Assembly (NCBI RefSeq): GCF_000315625.1
Contig: NW_005434648.1
Coordinates: 1 to 64,000, forward strand
Direction: 5' to 3'
From: Guillardia theta CCMP2712
Lineage: Eukaryota > Protista > Cryptophyta
Length of the DNA: 64,000 nt
Part shown: in pieces, positions 59,023-64,000 of the stretch
How positions within the stretch are numbered: position 1 is the stretch's first letter
How the letters are laid out: the number at the start of each line of letters is the position of its first letter
Translations under genes and position numbers: made by a program
Notes under the pieces: generated by a model
Databases searched by the model: none
The model's input: the letters and a program-made list of their open reading frames with translations, nothing else
What the model was told of the DNA's origin: nothing

Positions 59023-61080
59023 AGGGGGAAAGAGGAGGAGGATGAGGAGGGGGGGGCGAAGGGGGAAAGAGGAGGAGGAGGAGGAGGAGGAGGAGGGAGG
59101 GTTTAGGGAATGGAGTGGAGAATGGGGAACGAGGCTTGCGATTCGACAGGTAAGTGCACTGTGAAGATGAGGGGGAGGTTTGAATTCGGGCATGCAAGAG
59201 CTTGATGAAAGATATTCTCTCTCCTTCCTCTTCCTCTGCCCAGCGAAAGGTTGTTCTTCGCACGCTGAGAGGCGATAAGCTCGGGTTGATGGCGATGTCT
59301 TTGGTCGAGCAAGAGTATGAGACCAGCACAGAGCAGTTGCTGCCCTCGCACCTCTACGTCCTCATGCACGGCTTCAACTCACGCGCAGAGCACCTCAACT
59401 ATGTGGCCAAGGAGATGGCGAACAGGCTTAGGCCGTCAGCTGCGGTCTACAGCTCGTTTTGCAATGAAGCGAAGATACCCAACTTCCTGTTCCATCCGAC
59501 GCATGACGGGATCGACAGTGGGGGGGGGGCGCCTTTCTACAGAGATCCGACAAGTATATACTTCAGCTGGCGGAACTCCTCTTCCAGCCTCTACATCCGC
59601 TTCGCTCGAAGGCTCTTTTACGAGCCGTCGACAGCTCAAGAAGAAGAAGAGAGGCAAGGGAGGAGGGGAGGCAGGGGAGGCAGGGGAGGCAGGGGAGGCA
59701 GGGGAGCAGGAGAGAGAAGAAGGTGAGGTGTGAGGAGGAGAGGGGAGGAGAGGGGAGGAGAGGGGAGATAAGAGGAGAGAGGACAGGAAAGAGAAGGTGA
59801 GGACAGAATGAGAGGAGGAATTGAAGGCTGCGCAGGTCTCGGAACGGGCTCATTCCCCTGACGTACATGACCACTGCCACTCCTCATCTCAGCACGCAAG
59901 CGCTGCTGCCCAAGGCACTAGAAAAGATGGTGACGGGGTTGGCGTTGTATGGGGGAAGAAGTGCTAAACAGGTGAGATGAGCGATGAGAGACGCGGGTTG
60001 ACATGATGGCAGCTGTTGCTCGTGGACCTGGGTGAAAGAGTTGTGCAGTATGCGAGCGGGCAGAGCGTAGAGGACATGTGAGATGTTGGCTTTTCTTCCC
60101 TCCTTTTCTCTTCTCGTCTCATTCGGGTGGACAGTCAACGTCTTGCGCGAAGATTGTCAGAAAAGGGAGACATCTGCTTCAGCACTCGAACAAAAGTGAT
60201 CCCACTCCCCATCCCCCTTCCTCTCTTCCTATCTCCCTCTCCCTCCCCCTTCCTCTCTTCCTATCTCCCTCTCCCTCCCCCTTCCTCTCTTCCTATCTAG
60301 ATCAGGCTGAGCTATGGGGCAGGGAGTGCTTGAATATCCCCCAATTTCTCCGATCTGCAGAGACGAGGTTGTTGTTTGAGAGCTTCCGTTGCCTGTTTCG
60401 CGCTGTGAAGAACAAAAATGCTGAACTGAAGGGAAGGGACACGCAAAGGAGGAGAGGACCGAAAGCGAAGGAGGATGTACAATGATTGCAATCTTCAGTG
60501 ACCTTAACTTTTGTTTCAGATGACAGCAAAAGGAGCCACTCGCTCCCCTCAGGTTGATCTCCTGCCCCCACTTCCCTCTTGCCTCGTTCCTTCTCGTGCT
60601 TCCTTCCTCTGACTGCAGCAGGCGAGGCGCATGAAGGTTCTGCTAGTGGGGGAGGGAGGAGCTGACGCCTTTAGGCTGTCGGGGCTGAAGGAGATTTTCA
60701 GGGAAAGAATCAGCCCGCGGTACTCGAGGAGGAACAACAAGTCCGCGGTCGACCTGGACCTCCTCAAGGATCTGCAGTCCCCCTCTCCCCAAGCTGACTC
60801 CTCCCGCGCACCTCTCCCCAAGGTGGCAAAATATTCCTGCGAGATTATGGATGAAGACAGGAGAGGAGAGGAGAGGAGAGGAGGGGAGAGGAGAGGAGAG
60901 GAGAGGACAAGGCAGGGGAGAGAGGATACACGGAAGTTGGAATTCAGTGGGAATCGCGAGAGAGGAGATTGGAGGGAGCGAGGGGATAGAAATGAGATTT
61001 CACTGGTACCTGTCAGATCTCCTTGACTCTCCTCTCTCCTGCCCACGACGGCTGAGGTTCCTGCAAGACCAGCACACCGT
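58960..61080 (+). pseudogene. DUF676-type putative lipase/serine esterase, apparently disrupted
   Basis: HLYVLMHGFN, THDGIDSGG.RL..EI and YMTTATPHL are present. There is a frameshift in the G-run at ~59520, and no GHSxGG nucleophile motif was found between EIRQ and LYIRFA. Confidence 0.5.
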
Positions 61081-61094
61081 CCCCTTCTCCTCGA

Positions 61095-61405
61095 GATCCA
61101 CCCCTACATTATGCGCCCAGCCTCCATGTATCCGGCGGCGCTGCCCCAGGCGCCCCCCCGGGCCTTGTCGGCGGCTGCCAGCTCTGCGGCAGCGGACGCC
61201 TCGACTGACGCTGTCAGTCGAGGCGTTCTTGGTCGGAAAGCAATTTCTCCGACCATAGGCGCCCAGCCTCCATGTACAGCCTCCATGTACGAGCACACAA
61301 TAAAAGCTTGCGCAGGAAATCTAAAAAGCTGCGCAGCTTTTATTGTGTGCTCGTTGCTCCTTTGTTCGTCTTGAGGCGCTTTCTCCCTTCTGCGAGTAAA
61401 ACTTC
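61095..61405 (+). mobile_element. Short diverged derivative of the CRE-like element's 3' region (SINE-like or truncated relative)
   Basis: Shares cacccctacatt, gctgccccaggcg, gcagcggacg.ctcgactgac...gtcagtcg and the terminal ttgaggcgct...ccttctgcgagtaaaac motif with the 47-54 kb copies. Confidence 0.6.
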
Positions 61406-61640
61406 TTCCTTGGGCCCATAGCTGCGCAGACAAGCGCAGCTATGCGGAAGCTCCCGCTTGGACCTCGCAAACTCAAGCAGCTTTGATGAGTTTAAAACTC
61501 AACTCATCTACAAGCCACAAGCACAAGTCATCGTATCCAGGGATGGAACATGAGGCCGCGGCAAGCCTGTAGATATTGCCTCAAGCAGGACCAAGTAAGA
61601 CGAAAAAGACCTACACACACAAAAGCGCAGCCATGGGGGA

Positions 61641-61828
61641 GAGGGATGGTAGCAGAGAAAGGGATGGTAGCAGAGAAAGGGATGGTAGCAGAGAAAGGGA
61701 TGGTAGCAGAGAAAGGGATGGTAGCAGAGAAAGGGATGGTAGCAGAGAAAGGGATGGTAGCAGAGAAAGGGATGGTAGCAGAGAAAGGGATGGTAGCAGA
61801 GAAAGGGATGGTAGCAGGGAAGGGGATG
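61641..61828. repeat. 18-bp minisatellite (agggatggtagcagagaa), about 10 copies
   Basis: Read directly from the sequence. Confidence 0.95.
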
Positions 61829-61833
61829 TAGTC

Positions 61834-61925
61834 ACATCTTTCATGAGATTACTCAAAAGAACATTGCCGGTGAGGCTCTACATCTTTCATGAGATTACTC
61901 AAAAGAACATTGCCGGTGAGGCTCT
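61834..61925. repeat. 46-bp tandem duplication (acatctttcatgagattactcaaaagaacattgccggtgaggctct x2)
   Basis: Read directly from the sequence. Confidence 0.9.
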
Positions 61926-62071
61926 GCGCTGGCGCACCAGCTGGCCGGCAGCTGGCCGGGCGCACAGGCTGCTTATGGTCAGCCAGTATGTGCGGATACC
62001 ACCTTTGTAGCACGCATGGTGGTTTATGGTCGGAGACATGCTGCCCTCGTCCTGCTGGTGCGATGAATACC

Positions 62072-62185
62072 ATGCTATGCTATCCTCCTGACTGCTGTAT
62101 CCTATGCTATGCTGTCCTCCTGCCTGTTGTATCCTATGCTATGCTGTCCTCCTGCCTGTTGTATCCTATGCTATGCTGTCCTCCT
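62072..62185. repeat. ~31-bp tandem repeat (ctatgctatgctgtcctcctgcctgttgtatc), about 3.5 copies
   Basis: Read directly from the sequence. Confidence 0.85.
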
Positions 62186-62388
62186 TCCTCTTTTTCTGCC
62201 AGTCCTCTTCTGTTTCCTCTTCTATCTTCTTTTATCGTTTCAATGATCCCGCCTCCGCTGCACTCCGATTCCTTCACCACCTTTCTGCTTGTTCCCTTGC
62301 CTTTTCTTTGTTTGCTTCTTTCCTGTGTTTTCCTTTATCTTTTATGGACCTGCCGAAATACATCTGATCCTTTTCTTGTTTAATCTAG

Positions 62389-64000
62389 ATGATTTGTAGT
62401 AGTTGTGGTACATGCTCCCATGGATTCAAGCGACTGGGGTCAACGAAACTTTGCGAGGGTTTCATGTTCTGTCCTTCATTCCTCTTCAAAGGCACGCGTG
62501 TCATACCTGCAGGGCTCAACATGTGCAGGGCTGGTTCGAGGTAAGCACCAAAGGGATTGTCATGATGTAATCTGGAATCTTAGTGAATTACACGAAGCTG
62601 AAAAAAGAATAATGGAAATGGAGAAAACTATTAGACAGCAAGCCATGAAAATTCAAGAGCTCGAACACCTACTGGTTGAGAATAGCATGGTGGACGGAAA
62701 GGTACCCTCGTTTATCATTCAACTCGTGCATGCTAACGGGTGTACAAGAGAGGGATTGCCTCGTCCGATGAGAGTCAAAGCGTCGATGAGAGGTTTTGGA
62801 ACGCATCAGACTTGAGGAGGTTTTACTCCAGCAAGCCGATTGGGTTCATAAGGACTTGCTTTCCGACCAAGAACGGCTGCCCCCGCCAAGGAAATCTTGT
62901 ATGAAGGCAGATGCTATTTCACCGCCGCTCAATCAATGAGTTGCAGGCTCCAACCTCTCTCGCGAAGCTACGAGTTCACTTTGGTTCGAACCCGACGCAC
63001 AGGCGAGTGAGCTGACATCAGCAGTTACTGCTCGCTCACTTTCTTGTTCAGCTTGGACGGCTTGGCTGACTTCTCGCACCTCTGGGTGTTTTTCGTGTTC
63101 CACCAGAATGAGAATGTGAGGGAGGCTCTTGCTCGACCCTCTTTGCCTTACTTTCATACCAAGTCAACTCCTAAGCCGAAAGTCTATCCTCCTCGCCTAG
63201 ACGGCAAGCCCAAGGTAAAGAGAGGGTAAGAAGACCCGCTGGTGTCAAGTAAGGGTGACCCTAGGGAGTGTTTGCCACCCGCTCTCCCCATCGACCCCAC
63301 CCGTTGGGGTTGACTCTCTCCAAGATCGACAAGGTGGAGCATGACGTGATCTACCTAAGCGGCGTGGATCTCGTCGATGGGACTCCGGTCAACCCCATGG
63401 TTCGCAAAGAGGAGGACTTACCTGGCTTCAGGTGATCGACATTAAGCCCTACATCGCCGTCTACGACTCTCCTCGACCCTCGGACGAAGTCTTTGCTCCG
63501 ACATGGTCTCTACCAGAGGGCAAGAGGGAGCTGCGCGTTGAGTTGAGTGAACAAGCTCTGATGGTCCTGCTGGCTGTGCCTGGTGACGAATGACTTGCAA
63601 GGACAGGACATCTTGGTGCTGGAGTCCAGCAGAGAAAGACCAGAGCACTTCTCGAGCTGGAGGGAAGCAGTTGCCGGGCTGCAGGAGATGCTGGCCTTGG
63701 ATCCAAGGTCAGCGTACAGGAGAAACAAGTGCCGAGATGTCGTCTATCCCGTCTACTACGATCGCTTGAACGTCTGTTGCAAGTTCCTTGACGCCGATGC
63801 AACTCACTCAGAGTCTGTCCAAGTCATGAACATCTCCTTGCGCCATGGCCCGACAGATAGAAGTCTTGCTGCAAGTCTGGAGCCACTTGAGGAGCCTGGA
63901 GCGCAAGTTGCCGATGAAAACCTCAACGCGCGGAGGAGGAGAGACGGTCGAATGGATCTGAACTTCAGCGAGATTTCAGTGAAGGCAGGCACGCGGCTCC
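62389..64000 (+). CDS. TRMO: tRNA (m6t6A37) methyltransferase TrmO/TsaA family (multi-exon; start uncertain, runs off the window)
   Basis: KPIGFIRTCFPTKNGCPRQG, SLDGLADFSHLWVFFVFHQN, GVFATRSPHRP and LSGVDLVDGTP|VIDIKPY. Confidence 0.88.

Overview
This is eukaryotic nuclear DNA with GC-rich genes and many ~45-60 nt GT-AG introns. Together with a signal peptide plus 'SAF' plastid-type presequence and an algal microbial rhodopsin, that suggests a cryptophyte alga (Guillardia/Hanusia-like; inferred, not searched). Housekeeping genes are an MFS transporter, Cdc14, a SAM methyltransferase, zeta-COP, a large subtilisin, ARPC4, a CBM48 protein, a PH-AGC kinase, RRP5, MRS2, mitochondrial GrpE, a PX-TPR protein and TrmO. 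There are two accessory zones. The first (~3.5-7.3 kb) holds a decayed Crypton-type tyrosine recombinase element and MITE-like inverted repeats. The second (~46.9-58.7 kb) holds a scrambled nest of CRE-like non-LTR retrotransposon fragments joined at a recurrent 3'-terminal hairpin, followed by the standout feature. That feature is an intact, intronless, AT-rich 642-aa Fanzor1 (eukaryotic TnpB-like RNA-guided nuclease; D401/E563/D618 intact, Zn finger, N-terminal NLS-like patch). A long nested hairpin starting at its stop codon is a candidate omega-RNA. It also has an upstream 87-bp tandem array, degenerate terminal inverted repeats, and an adjacent intronless bacterial-type ParA ATPase. Other oddities are a rhodopsin with a rewired helix C (H-F-I-E-R), a subtilisin-TM2 fusion and an MRS2-EF-hand fusion. 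Exon boundaries were read by eye and are approximate, and no database searches were run.
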